Part shown: positions 11,156-19,280 of the stretch, one piece after another
Numbering within the stretch: the first letter of the stretch is position 1
How the letters are laid out: every line of letters begins with the position of its first letter
From: Sumerlaeia bacterium
Lineage (GTDB): Bacteria; Sumerlaeota; Sumerlaeia; SLMS01; JAHLLQ01
NCBI GenBank assembly: GCA_040219255.1
Contig: JAVJSW010000002.1
Span: 1-64,000 of the forward strand
Length of the DNA: 64,000 bases
Direction of reading: 5' to 3'
The notes under the pieces: generated by a model
The model's input: only the letters and a program-made list of their open reading frames with translations
What the model was told of the DNA's origin: nothing
Databases searched by the model: none
Translations under genes and position numbers: made by a program

Positions 11156-12153
11156 CAAAACCCCACACCTCACCCTCGCCACCGCCCGACACCCGCACGA
11201 TTTTTTATCTCGACCGCAACCAGGACGGGAACGGCGACTTCCGCGAAGCGCTGGCCCAACTGGCCGACATTTCCACCTTTCACGATCTCGGCTCTCTGCT
11301 CAACGCCCTGGACGACGCCCCCCCCAGGACGTTCCTGCTCCTCGACACCACCACCCTTCTCGACGAGCCCTCGGCGCTCATCTCGCGCCTGGTGGAGCTG
11401 CGCCGCCGCCTGCCCATGGGCCTCGTCACGGACCAGGACCTCGACCAGTTCATCTGGTGCCTGCGCCGCTGGGGAATCATTCAGTGCGCTGTGAAAACCC
11501 CGCCGGTGACGCTCGAGGAAACCGAGCATTTCCTTCAGACCCTCAGCGACCCCGCCTCCGGTTTCAGCCTGATGCGCTACTTTTCCTCCACCATGGAGCT
11601 TTACAGTCTTTCCGTGACGGACATGGCGACCAAGACCGCCGCGGTCGAGCGCGTCATCAACCACTTCGCGACCCACGGCTTCGACGTGCATGAACTCTAC
11701 GACGTGCGACTGATCCTGGAAGAAATCACCAATAACGCCTTCTTCCACGCCTTCCGCACCGCCAGCGGCGAGGAGAAGTACAGCATCCGCCACTTCGCCA
11801 GTCTCGACGCGGGCGACGAAAACGTTCGTATCGAGTACGGCAACGACGGTGGCCGCGTCGGCTTTTCGGTGACGGATAACGCGGGAACGCTGGGGATTTC
11901 CACGATCATCACGAAACTCGAGCGCCAGTTCAACCGCGAGGGCATCTTCGACGAATCGGGCCGCGGGCTCTATCTGTCCCGGATGCTGGCGACAAAGCTT
12001 ATCATCAACATCGAGCAGGGAAAGCGGACCCAGCTGATCGCGCTGTTCGATGAAACCCGCAAGTCCAACCGGCCCAAACCCTTCATGATCAACTACATCG
12101 GCCGAGACCAGTTCGAGGACTGGCGCATCGATCCGGAACTCGATTTCGACTGA
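11152..12153 (+). CDS. degenerate receiver-like domain plus anti-sigma-factor-type (RsbW/SpoIIAB-like) ATPase domain
   Basis: LILEEITNNAFFHA (N box), VTDNAG (G1), SGRGLYL (G2); ATGA overlap with tatC. Confidence 0.75.
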   Translation: MTKPHTSPSPPPDTRTIFYLDRNQDGNGDFREALAQLADISTFHDLGSLLNALDDAPPRTFLLLDTTTLLDEPSALISRLVELRRRLPMGLVTDQDLDQFIWCLRRWGIIQCAVKTPPVTLEETEHFLQTLSDPASGFSLMRYFSSTMELYSLSVTDMATKTAAVERVINHFATHGFDVHELYDVRLILEEITNNAFFHAFRTASGEEKYSIRHFASLDAGDENVRIEYGNDGGRVGFSVTDNAGTLGISTIITKLERQFNREGIFDESGRGLYLSRMLATKLIINIEQGKRTQLIALFDETRKSNRPKPFMINYIGRDQFEDWRIDPELDFD

Positions 12154-12272
12154 CCGAGTCCGCGTCTCCATCGCTCCCCGGCCGCGATCCGCCATAATCC
12201 CCTTTGCCCTTTCCCCTCTGGCGCTCCTTTCGCGACGCTCCCGGTACTGCTTGCCAACTGGAAGGACACCCC

Positions 12273-13265
12273 ATGAAAGCCTGGTACCTGGAAGATTACA
12301 CCGGCCTCGCCGGCCTGCGTCTCGTGGAAGACGCCCCGCGCCCCGAACCCGCGGAGGGCGAAGTCCTGGTGCGCCTCGCGCTGGCCGCGCTGAACCCGGC
12401 GGACCGTTACCTGGCCGAGAAGCTTTACCCAGCCCATCCCGACCTGCCCCACATCCTGGGACGCGACGGCATCGGCACCGTCGAAGCCGTTGGCGCGGGA
12501 GTCTCCACCTACAAGCCCGGCGACCGGGTCTTGCTGATGCGGGGCGACGCGGGCGTGACGCGTTCCGGCACCCTGGCGGAGTACGTTTCCGTGCCGCAGG
12601 ACGCTCTGGCCACTCCCCCGTCCCACTGGCAAGACGCCGAGTGCGCGGGGGCGCCGCTGGTGTACTGCACCGCCTATCAGGCTCTGACCCAGTGGGGCGA
12701 CTTGCCCCAGGGAGCCACCGTCCTGGTCACCGGCGCCAGCGGCGGCGTCGGCATGGGGACGATTCACCTCGGCAGGGCGATGGGCTACCGCGTCATCGGC
12801 ACCTCGCGCTCGACCGGTGCGAAGGCGGACCCGCTCCGCGAGCAGGGCGCGGACCTGATTCTCGACACGAACGCGGAGAGCTTCCGCAACGAAGTCCGCG
12901 ATTTCGCCGGTAAGGATGGCGTGGCCTTGATCGTGGATAACCTCGGCGGGCCGCACCTGCCCAAGGCCATCGACACGCTGGGTTTCGGCGGGCGTGTGAG
13001 CTGCGTCGGCATGCTGGCCGGCCCCGTGCCCAAGTTCAACACCGCGCGCCTGTTCTTCAAACGCCTGCGCATCGGCGGCGTCGCCGTGGGCACCTACTCC
13101 GCCGAGGAAGCCAAGGCCGCCTGGGCGGAGGTGGTTCGCCTGATGGATCGGGCCGGCAGGCGCCCCCTAGTGGATCATACGTTCCCAATGGACGATGTGA
13201 TCGCGGCCTTCGAGCGACTCGCCGCAGGGCCCCTGGGCAAGGTTCTCGTCCGGGTCGGCGCATGA
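12273..13265 (+). CDS. NADPH:quinone oxidoreductase / MDR-family dehydrogenase
   Basis: ALNPAD, ILGRDGIGTV, VLVTGASGGVG Rossmann motif, GKVLV C-terminus; GAAGGA RBS before ATG 12273. Confidence 0.9.
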   Translation: MKAWYLEDYTGLAGLRLVEDAPRPEPAEGEVLVRLALAALNPADRYLAEKLYPAHPDLPHILGRDGIGTVEAVGAGVSTYKPGDRVLLMRGDAGVTRSGTLAEYVSVPQDALATPPSHWQDAECAGAPLVYCTAYQALTQWGDLPQGATVLVTGASGGVGMGTIHLGRAMGYRVIGTSRSTGAKADPLREQGADLILDTNAESFRNEVRDFAGKDGVALIVDNLGGPHLPKAIDTLGFGGRVSCVGMLAGPVPKFNTARLFFKRLRIGGVAVGTYSAEEAKAAWAEVVRLMDRAGRRPLVDHTFPMDDVIAAFERLAAGPLGKVLVRVGA

Positions 13266-13281
13266 TCCAGGCGGCGGCGGA

Positions 13282-13983
13282 GTGCCTCCCGTGATCTCTG
13301 TGATCGTCCCCGCGGTCAACGAAGCGGCCCACCTGCCGGGTGTGCTGGCGGCGCTCGGGCCGCCCGGCGCCACGCATGAGGTGCTGGTGGCGGACGGTGC
13401 GAGCGAGGACGGCACGGCGGCCATCGCGGCCCGCTTCGGCGCCCGGGTCGTCGCCGCCGGAGAACGCCACCGCGCCCGTCAGATGAACGCCGCGGCCCGC
13501 GAAGCGGCCGGAGCCATTCTTCTTTTTCTTCATGCGGACACGTGCCCGGGGGAGGGCGCCCTCGCCGCCGCCGAACGGTCCCTCGCAAAGCCGGGAGTCG
13601 TGGCGGGGGCTTTCCGCCGCCGCTTCGAACGCAAGAGCCTGCTTCTCGCCCTGACCAGTTGGATGGCCGACTGGCGGACCCGGTGGTGGGGCATCGGGTA
13701 TGGGGATCAAGGCCTGGCGGTGCGGCGCGAGGTGTTCGAGGAACTCGGCGGGTTCGATGAATCGGCACGCTACGAGGATATCGAAATGTGCCTGCGGCTG
13801 CGCGAGCGGGGGCGGATTGTGCTGCTGGGTCCGGTGGCGCGTTCGTCGGCGAGGAGGTTTCCGGACGATCTCCGGGGCACGGCCGGGCGGCTGCTGGGCG
13901 ATGCGCGGGAGGCCCGGGCGTTCGTGCAGGCCTGGAAACAGAAAAAACCGGCCATGGAGAAACTCACCACGGCCGGTAAATGA
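13282..13983 (+). CDS. glycosyltransferase family 2 (TIGR04283-like)
   Basis: SVIVPAVNEA, VADGASEDGT, RARQMNAAA, FLHADT, YGDQGL, EDIE. Confidence 0.88.
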   Translation: MPPVISVIVPAVNEAAHLPGVLAALGPPGATHEVLVADGASEDGTAAIAARFGARVVAAGERHRARQMNAAAREAAGAILLFLHADTCPGEGALAAAERSLAKPGVVAGAFRRRFERKSLLLALTSWMADWRTRWWGIGYGDQGLAVRREVFEELGGFDESARYEDIEMCLRLRERGRIVLLGPVARSSARRFPDDLRGTAGRLLGDAREARAFVQAWKQKKPAMEKLTTAGK

Positions 13984-14061
13984 TGGTAGTCCCAAGGGGA
14001 TTCGAACCCCTGTTTCCGCCGTGAGAGGGCGGCGTCCTAGACCAGGCTAGACGATGGGACC
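13984..14061 (-). tRNA. tRNA-Glu(CTC)
   Basis: Minus strand GGTCCCATCGTCTAG...CCGCC-CTCTCAC-GGCGG...GGTTCGAATCC...CCA; cloverleaf with encoded CCA. Confidence 0.97.
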
Positions 14062-14069
14062 AAGTTTTG

Positions 14070-14145
14070 TGGTTGGGGGGGAAGGACTCGAACCCTCGAC
14101 ATCATGGACCAGAACCATGCGTTCTACCAACTGAACTACCCCCCA
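14070..14145 (-). tRNA. tRNA-Gln(CTG)
   Basis: Minus strand TGGGGGGTAGTTCAGTTGGTAGAA...CATGG-TTCTGGT-CCATG...GGTTCGAGTCC...CCA. Confidence 0.97.
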
Positions 14146-14270
14146 CCAGGGCATCGCGGGCTAGAGCAGCCTGCATCAGCGGAGGGAAAGGGTGCTCATT
14201 GAGGCAGCCCCCGTCAAGGGGGAAAGTGCAATCTGACGGGCGAAAAGTCGAGTGACTGCGGAGCCTCCGT

Positions 14271-14843
14271 TCACGGCGCCTCCCCCGCCACCCAGATATC
14301 GCCGCTGCTGAGCGCACCGTTCGTTGGGTTATAGCGCAGGCCGAGGGGCAGCTCTTCCCCTTCCTCCGCCAGTCTTGTGAGCGTCTCCGTAGTGACGTCG
14401 CGGTCGCCGTCTGGACCCTGGCTGGCGAGAATCCAGCGGCCGTTCCAGAGGCCGTAGAAAAAGGGGTCGCGGTAGGGTTTGCCGGGCGAGAAGACATCGA
14501 GGCGGGCGAGGCGGCCTTTTTCCTGCCAATAGGGCTGGCCGCCGCGAGCTTGCGCATAGAAGCCGGAGAGTGCCAGCGGCGGGGCGGCGCCAACCTCCGG
14601 TTCGGGCATCGAGCCTTCCCTGAGAGCCATGGCCATCAGGGTGTTTTGCGCCACCATCAGGTCTTCCTCGACGCGCGCCAGTTTGCGCCCGGTTCGGTGC
14701 GCCTCGACATCGAAGTCCATCACGACGAAGAAGAAGATGGCGCCAGCCACGATGGCGAGAATGACGAAGATGGCGGCCTGTCGTTCCGCCGCCTGGCGAG
14801 TCGGATCGGGGGATGAAGGCGGAGCGCCCTGCTGCGGGGTCAT
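14271..14843 (-). CDS. type II secretion protein G / pilin-like membrane protein lacking a prepilin cleavage site
   Basis: 3' part of ORF 14271..15893 from ATG 14843: TM helix, pilin-like helix (EAHRTGRKLARVEEDL), DPF..WILASQGPDGD and YNPTNGALSSGDIW. Confidence 0.75.
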   Translation of the reverse strand: MTPQQGAPPSSPDPTRQAAERQAAIFVILAIVAGAIFFFVVMDFDVEAHRTGRKLARVEEDLMVAQNTLMAMALREGSMPEPEVGAAPPLALSGFYAQARGGQPYWQEKGRLARLDVFSPGKPYRDPFFYGLWNGRWILASQGPDGDRDVTTETLTRLAEEGEELPLGLRYNPTNGALSSGDIWVAGEAP

Positions 14844-15029
14844 GAGCGAACGGTCCTCTGCCGGTGGTCTGGCCTCAGCGTGCGGACTGGCACGCGGCGG
14901 GTTGACTTGTCGAGGACGTGGCGCCGCGCTGGCAACGGGAAGAGGAAGCGGTCTCCGATCTTGACGCCAGGGGACGCTCCCGTTGATCTTATACCAGAAA
15001 AATTCCCGCGATGGAGATACTGGACCCCG

Positions 15030-15851
15030 ATGGCAATGAAACGCTTGGCTCGGCACGACCTTTACCAACTCGGCGAGCCCGCCGGGACGATCTCGCGGAT
15101 CGAGTGCTTTTTCGCCACGCGGCGCGATACGCGCCTGCCGGTGATGATCTATCGCGTTCCAATCCAGGATCCGCGCCGCGACTGCGAGGAATTCATCTCC
15201 ACCGTCCGGCCCTGGGGCCTGCTCTCGAACCCGCGTTTGCCTCTGCTGTTCGACGCCTGGGATGGCGAGAACTGCATCGAGTTCGCCACCACGACGCGCG
15301 AGGGCGCGCCGCTCGACACGGACGAGGCCCAGCGTCTCTTGGAGCAGCACCACGGCAATGCGGGCCTGAGCCTTTGCCTGCAATCGCTTTTCGCCCTGGC
15401 GGCCCTCCACGAACAGAACATCGCGCACCGCGACGTGCGGGCCGGCCGCTTCGTCGTCTGTCCGGACGGCACCGTGTTCATGAGGGATTCGGGGCTCCTG
15501 CCCACGATCGCCCGCCAAGTGCTCGGCGAGGGCGAGGCGGGAGGCTTCGGCCTCGCCCTCTCCTCGAACCTGCAATGTGAGGACCTGGGCGATTGGGCGC
15601 TGACCTGCTGCCGGATTTTGGGAGCGGGCCATTTGATCAACGACTCGCATCATGATGGGCGGACGTTGCACGGCGACCTGGTCGATCAGATCATCGGTCA
15701 GGTCGCGCCGCGGATTTCCAACGGCCGGTTGCGCAAGATCGTCCGCCGCGCCCTGATGGGCCGCGTCCCGGAAGCCGGAGACCTGGAAAGCGCCGCCGCT
15801 GCCCGCGACGCCCTCGTGAAAGACGTCCCCGAACTGGCCATTTCGATCTGA
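15030..15851 (+). CDS. protein kinase-fold protein, probable pseudokinase
   Basis: IAHRDVRAGRFVV and MRDSG align with HRDxKxxN and DFG; no Gly-rich loop or VAIK lysine; GGAG upstream of ATG 15030/15036. Confidence 0.7.
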   Translation: MAMKRLARHDLYQLGEPAGTISRIECFFATRRDTRLPVMIYRVPIQDPRRDCEEFISTVRPWGLLSNPRLPLLFDAWDGENCIEFATTTREGAPLDTDEAQRLLEQHHGNAGLSLCLQSLFALAALHEQNIAHRDVRAGRFVVCPDGTVFMRDSGLLPTIARQVLGEGEAGGFGLALSSNLQCEDLGDWALTCCRILGAGHLINDSHHDGRTLHGDLVDQIIGQVAPRISNGRLRKIVRRALMGRVPEAGDLESAAAARDALVKDVPELAISI

Positions 15852-15894
15852 CGGCCCCATCCTTCCTTCCACTACCCGCTCCGCGAGGACCACG

Positions 15895-17412
15895 ATGACG
15901 ACGGAAACGCAAAACTGCTGGGCTTATCTCGAGAAACTCGATGACCGCGGATTCTTCGAAGACCACCTGGTCGGCCACGCCCTGACAGGCCATAAGGCAA
16001 TCCTGCGGCTTTACTCGGAGAATTTCAGCACGGACGAAACGGCCTGGGGCGCCGTGAAGAAGCAGGCCGAATTGGCCGGTCCCAAGACCCATCCCAGCAT
16101 CCCGGCGATCTTCGACATAGGTACCTGGCCGAGCGGCCAGAAGTACGTGCTCTTCGAACGCATCCCGGGCGAGAGTCTCCAGCAGGCTGTCGAGCGCCTC
16201 GCCGGGCGGGACCCGCGCAAGCTCGCTTTCCTGCTTCTGCCGTTGCTGGCGAGACTGCGCGAATTGCGCGACCTCGGCGTTGCCTTCGATCGCTTGCGCT
16301 TGGAAAACATCGTCTTCCACGACGGAGTGCCGCGCATCGTCGACCGCTGGCCCGTGGCGTCCGCCGATCCCGCTTCCGCCGGAGGCAGCCCGTTCCTGGA
16401 GCGGTTGCTTCAGTCGCCTATGGGCGGGGTCTATGTTTGCGCCGGAAAATTCCCCCAGGAGCGGTCTTTCAATCGCATCAAGAACATCCTGTTTTACCTC
16501 GCCTCCTCCCAGACGGAGAAGAACCTGACGCAGGCCCTGGAAAGCGGAGGCCACCTGTCCGTCGAGTCGGAACTGCAACCGATTCTGATGGGCATGCACG
16601 ACCCTGCCGGACCGGGGGGATTGCGGACGCTGGAGGACGTGGAGCGCGAGTTGCGGAAGCTGGCCCAGCCAGTGGCCGAGGACCTTTCCCGCTCCAGCAG
16701 CATGGCATTGGTGTCGCAAGCGGACGTATCCCGGGGCCGGGTGTCGGCCGCTCCCGCGGCAAGTGCGCCCGCCTCGGTGACGGCCCCACCCGCTCCCCGC
16801 CTGGCCGCCAACGCGCCCGCGGCGGACCCGGCGAGCGACAACGAAGATATGTCGCATCTCTATCCGACGCGCCGGGCGAGCGGTTCCTCGAGCACCAAGA
16901 CCGCGTTGACGGATGTGCCGCTGGACAAGAGTCCGCCGGCCGCGTCGGCCGACAAGCTGGCCATGGCGGCCCGCCGCCAGAAAAGCCCCTCCAACGCCGG
17001 CAAATATATCAAGATCGGCGCTCTCGCTTTCGGAGCCGTTCTTCTTCTGGCCGGTTTGGTGGCGGGTGCGCTGTTCGCGATTTCCCTCTTCACCGGCGGC
17101 AAGAACAACCCGCCCGTTGCGGCTATCGCACCGCCCGATGGGCCGCTGCGGGTCAACGAACCGGCCACGCTGGACGCGTCCCCGTCCAGCGATCCGGACG
17201 GTGACGCGCTCAGCTACGAGTGGCGCGTGCTGGAACTCGACCCGCAGTACTACACCTTCTCGCGCAACAAGAGCACGGAAGCGCAAAGACCGACCGTCCA
17301 GTTTTTCCAGAGCGGCGAATACACGGTGACACTGCGCGTTTTCGACGGCACGACTTACAGCGAACCGGTGCAGACCCGGGTGACGGTGGAAAGCGGCGGC
17401 GGGCGCTTCTGA
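15895..17412 (+). CDS. membrane protein: kinase-like N-domain, Pro/Ala linker, TM, C-terminal PKD/Ig-like domain
   Basis: HPSIPAIFDIG and YVLFERIPGESL (kinase N-lobe/hinge); NNPPVA..LDASPSSDPDGDALSYEW..GEYTVTLRVFDG (PKD); GAGG RBS. Confidence 0.8.
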   Translation: MTTETQNCWAYLEKLDDRGFFEDHLVGHALTGHKAILRLYSENFSTDETAWGAVKKQAELAGPKTHPSIPAIFDIGTWPSGQKYVLFERIPGESLQQAVERLAGRDPRKLAFLLLPLLARLRELRDLGVAFDRLRLENIVFHDGVPRIVDRWPVASADPASAGGSPFLERLLQSPMGGVYVCAGKFPQERSFNRIKNILFYLASSQTEKNLTQALESGGHLSVESELQPILMGMHDPAGPGGLRTLEDVERELRKLAQPVAEDLSRSSSMALVSQADVSRGRVSAAPAASAPASVTAPPAPRLAANAPAADPASDNEDMSHLYPTRRASGSSSTKTALTDVPLDKSPPAASADKLAMAARRQKSPSNAGKYIKIGALAFGAVLLLAGLVAGALFAISLFTGGKNNPPVAAIAPPDGPLRVNEPATLDASPSSDPDGDALSYEWRVLELDPQYYTFSRNKSTEAQRPTVQFFQSGEYTVTLRVFDGTTYSEPVQTRVTVESGGGRF

Positions 17413-18152
17413 TGTCCCATACGCCCCTCGACCCGCTGGGAGAGACGGCCCGCCGGCTGGCGGGGGCCGAATCCGTGCTGGTACTGACGGGGGCGGGCAT
17501 CTCCGCCGAGAGCGGCATCCCGACGTTCCGGGGCCGCGAGGGTCTCTGGAAGAACCACGACCCGATGGAACTGGCTTCGCCGGAAGGTTTCGCCCGCGAT
17601 CCGGCGCTGGTGTGGGAATGGTACGCGTGGCGCATCGGCCTCGTGCAGGCCGCCAGACCCAACCCCGGGCACGAGGCGCTGGCGCGGTTGGAAAAGGCCA
17701 CTCCCCGGTTTCTCCTTCTCACCCAGAACGTCGATGGACTCCATCGCCGGGCGGGCAGCGAGAACCTCCACGAAATCCACGGCTCCATTCTCCGCGCGCG
17801 CTGCACCGAAACGGATCGGATTTATCCCATCGAGGACCTGGACCTGGAGAAAATCCCGGTACGCACGCCGGAGGGAACCCTGGCCCGGCCAGACGTCGTG
17901 TGGTTCGGCGAGACCATTCGCATGGACGCCTACGGAGCGGTGGAAGCTTTCCTGGCCGATCAGCCGCCGGACGTGTGCCTCGTCATCGGCACCAGTGGCC
18001 TGTTTGCGTACATTCAAGGCTGGGTCCTGAGGGCACGGCGGGCCGGGGCCTTCGTGGCGGACGTCAATACCGATCCGTCGCCGCTGGCCCAGGTCTGCCA
18101 AGCGGTCATCCGCCAGCCGGCGGGCGAGGCGCTGCCCCGGTTGATTCCCTAG
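17412..18152 (+). CDS. cobB: NAD-dependent protein deacylase (Sir2/CobB, class III)
   Basis: GAGISAESGIPTFRG, WYAWR, TQNVDGLH, IHGS, RPDVVWFGE, IGTS; TGATG overlap with upstream gene. Confidence 0.93.
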   Translation: MSHTPLDPLGETARRLAGAESVLVLTGAGISAESGIPTFRGREGLWKNHDPMELASPEGFARDPALVWEWYAWRIGLVQAARPNPGHEALARLEKATPRFLLLTQNVDGLHRRAGSENLHEIHGSILRARCTETDRIYPIEDLDLEKIPVRTPEGTLARPDVVWFGETIRMDAYGAVEAFLADQPPDVCLVIGTSGLFAYIQGWVLRARRAGAFVADVNTDPSPLAQVCQAVIRQPAGEALPRLIP

Positions 18153-19117
18153 CGCGAACGCGGCCCGGCCTTGCGCCGGGGGCGGCTCGACGGCGCCGGT
18201 TTGCTCGGAGCGGAGCGGGGCGCCTCGCCGTCCTCGTCGGCGTCCCGCTCGGGCAGCGGCGGTGCGATGCTGGGGTGGCTGTGGGGCGAGACGGGCAGCT
18301 TGCGCGCCCGCAGCAGAAGAAACGCCCCCACCGGAATCATGAGCACCGACAGGAACTGGGACGTGCTGAGGACGCCTTCGATGAGGAAGCCGCGCTCGGC
18401 GTCGCCGCGGAGGAATTCGAGCCCGAAGCGCAGCACGGAATAGCCGAGCAGATAGAGGCCCAGAATGATCCCGGGCTTGTGCGGGCGGCGCGACGCGATC
18501 CAGACGAGCAGGCCGGCGAGCAGGAACAGGCCCGCGGACTCGAAGAGTTGAACCGGCCAAATGGGGAGGCTTTGCGCGGCGTCCGGTGGAATTATCCCGG
18601 CGTCGACCTGGGCGCTCCAGGCGTTGGGAAAGGCGGTGCCGTTGGCGGCGACCTCCGGATGAAGACGAATGCCGAAGGGGGACTCGCACAGCCCGCCATA
18701 GCAGCATCCCGCCAGATGGCAACCGATGCGGCCAAAGGCGTGGCCCAGAGCGATGCTAGGCGCGGCCACGTCGCCGATGGCCAGCATGGGCAGCTTCTTC
18801 CACTTCACATAAGCGATGCCCGCTCCCACGCCGCCGAGCAGGCCGCCGAGGAACACGAAGCCATAGCGCGAGAAGATGATCTCACCGGGGGCCTGCACGA
18901 ACGTTTCCCACTCGACGATGATGTAAGTGAGACGAGCGAAGAGAAACCCGCCAAGGACCGTGACAAAGGCCAGGTCGGTGAACATCTCGGGCGAGAGGCC
19001 TCGGCGCGCGCCCCGCCATGCCGCCATCGCCACCGCCGCCAGGAGCCCCAGCGCGATCATCACCCCGTAGGTTCCAATGAAGAAGTTGTCCGTGATGTGA
19101 AAGAGAATCGGATGCAT
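18149..19117 (-). CDS. lgt: prolipoprotein diacylglyceryl transferase
   Basis: MHPILF..YGVM, ARL.Y, GHAFGRIGC..AGCCYG, PVQLFES, RFGLEFLRGD. Confidence 0.9.
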   Translation of the reverse strand: MHPILFHITDNFFIGTYGVMIALGLLAAVAMAAWRGARRGLSPEMFTDLAFVTVLGGFLFARLTYIIVEWETFVQAPGEIIFSRYGFVFLGGLLGGVGAGIAYVKWKKLPMLAIGDVAAPSIALGHAFGRIGCHLAGCCYGGLCESPFGIRLHPEVAANGTAFPNAWSAQVDAGIIPPDAAQSLPIWPVQLFESAGLFLLAGLLVWIASRRPHKPGIILGLYLLGYSVLRFGLEFLRGDAERGFLIEGVLSTSQFLSVLMIPVGAFLLLRARKLPVSPHSHPSIAPPLPERDADEDGEAPRSAPSKPAPSSRPRRKAGPRSR

Positions 19118-19280
19118 GGAGGAAAGCGAGGTCCGGCCGTGTGGAAATCAGGGGCTCAATTGATGGCGCGGGGGAGCCGTGGGCAAAGGAAGAATCGGGC
19201 TTGGCATCGCGGGCCCGTTGCCAGTGTTCTGTCCGTCCCGCGGCCGGCCGTCTTGCGAGCCGCCCCTGGGAGCCCCCTCT

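Noticed and set aside
13984-14145. tRNA pair as the boundary of a genomic island
   Set aside because: No integrase, no duplicated tRNA 3' end seen in the window, and no obvious composition shift.
14844-15893. 5' extension of the 540-aa minus-strand ORF 14271..15893
   Set aside because: Antisense to the kinase-like gene; only the part from ATG 14843 looks protein-like.
17412-18152. Sir2 gene as an anti-phage NADase (Thoeris/DSR type)
   Set aside because: Length and motifs are those of housekeeping class III CobB; no defence partners nearby.
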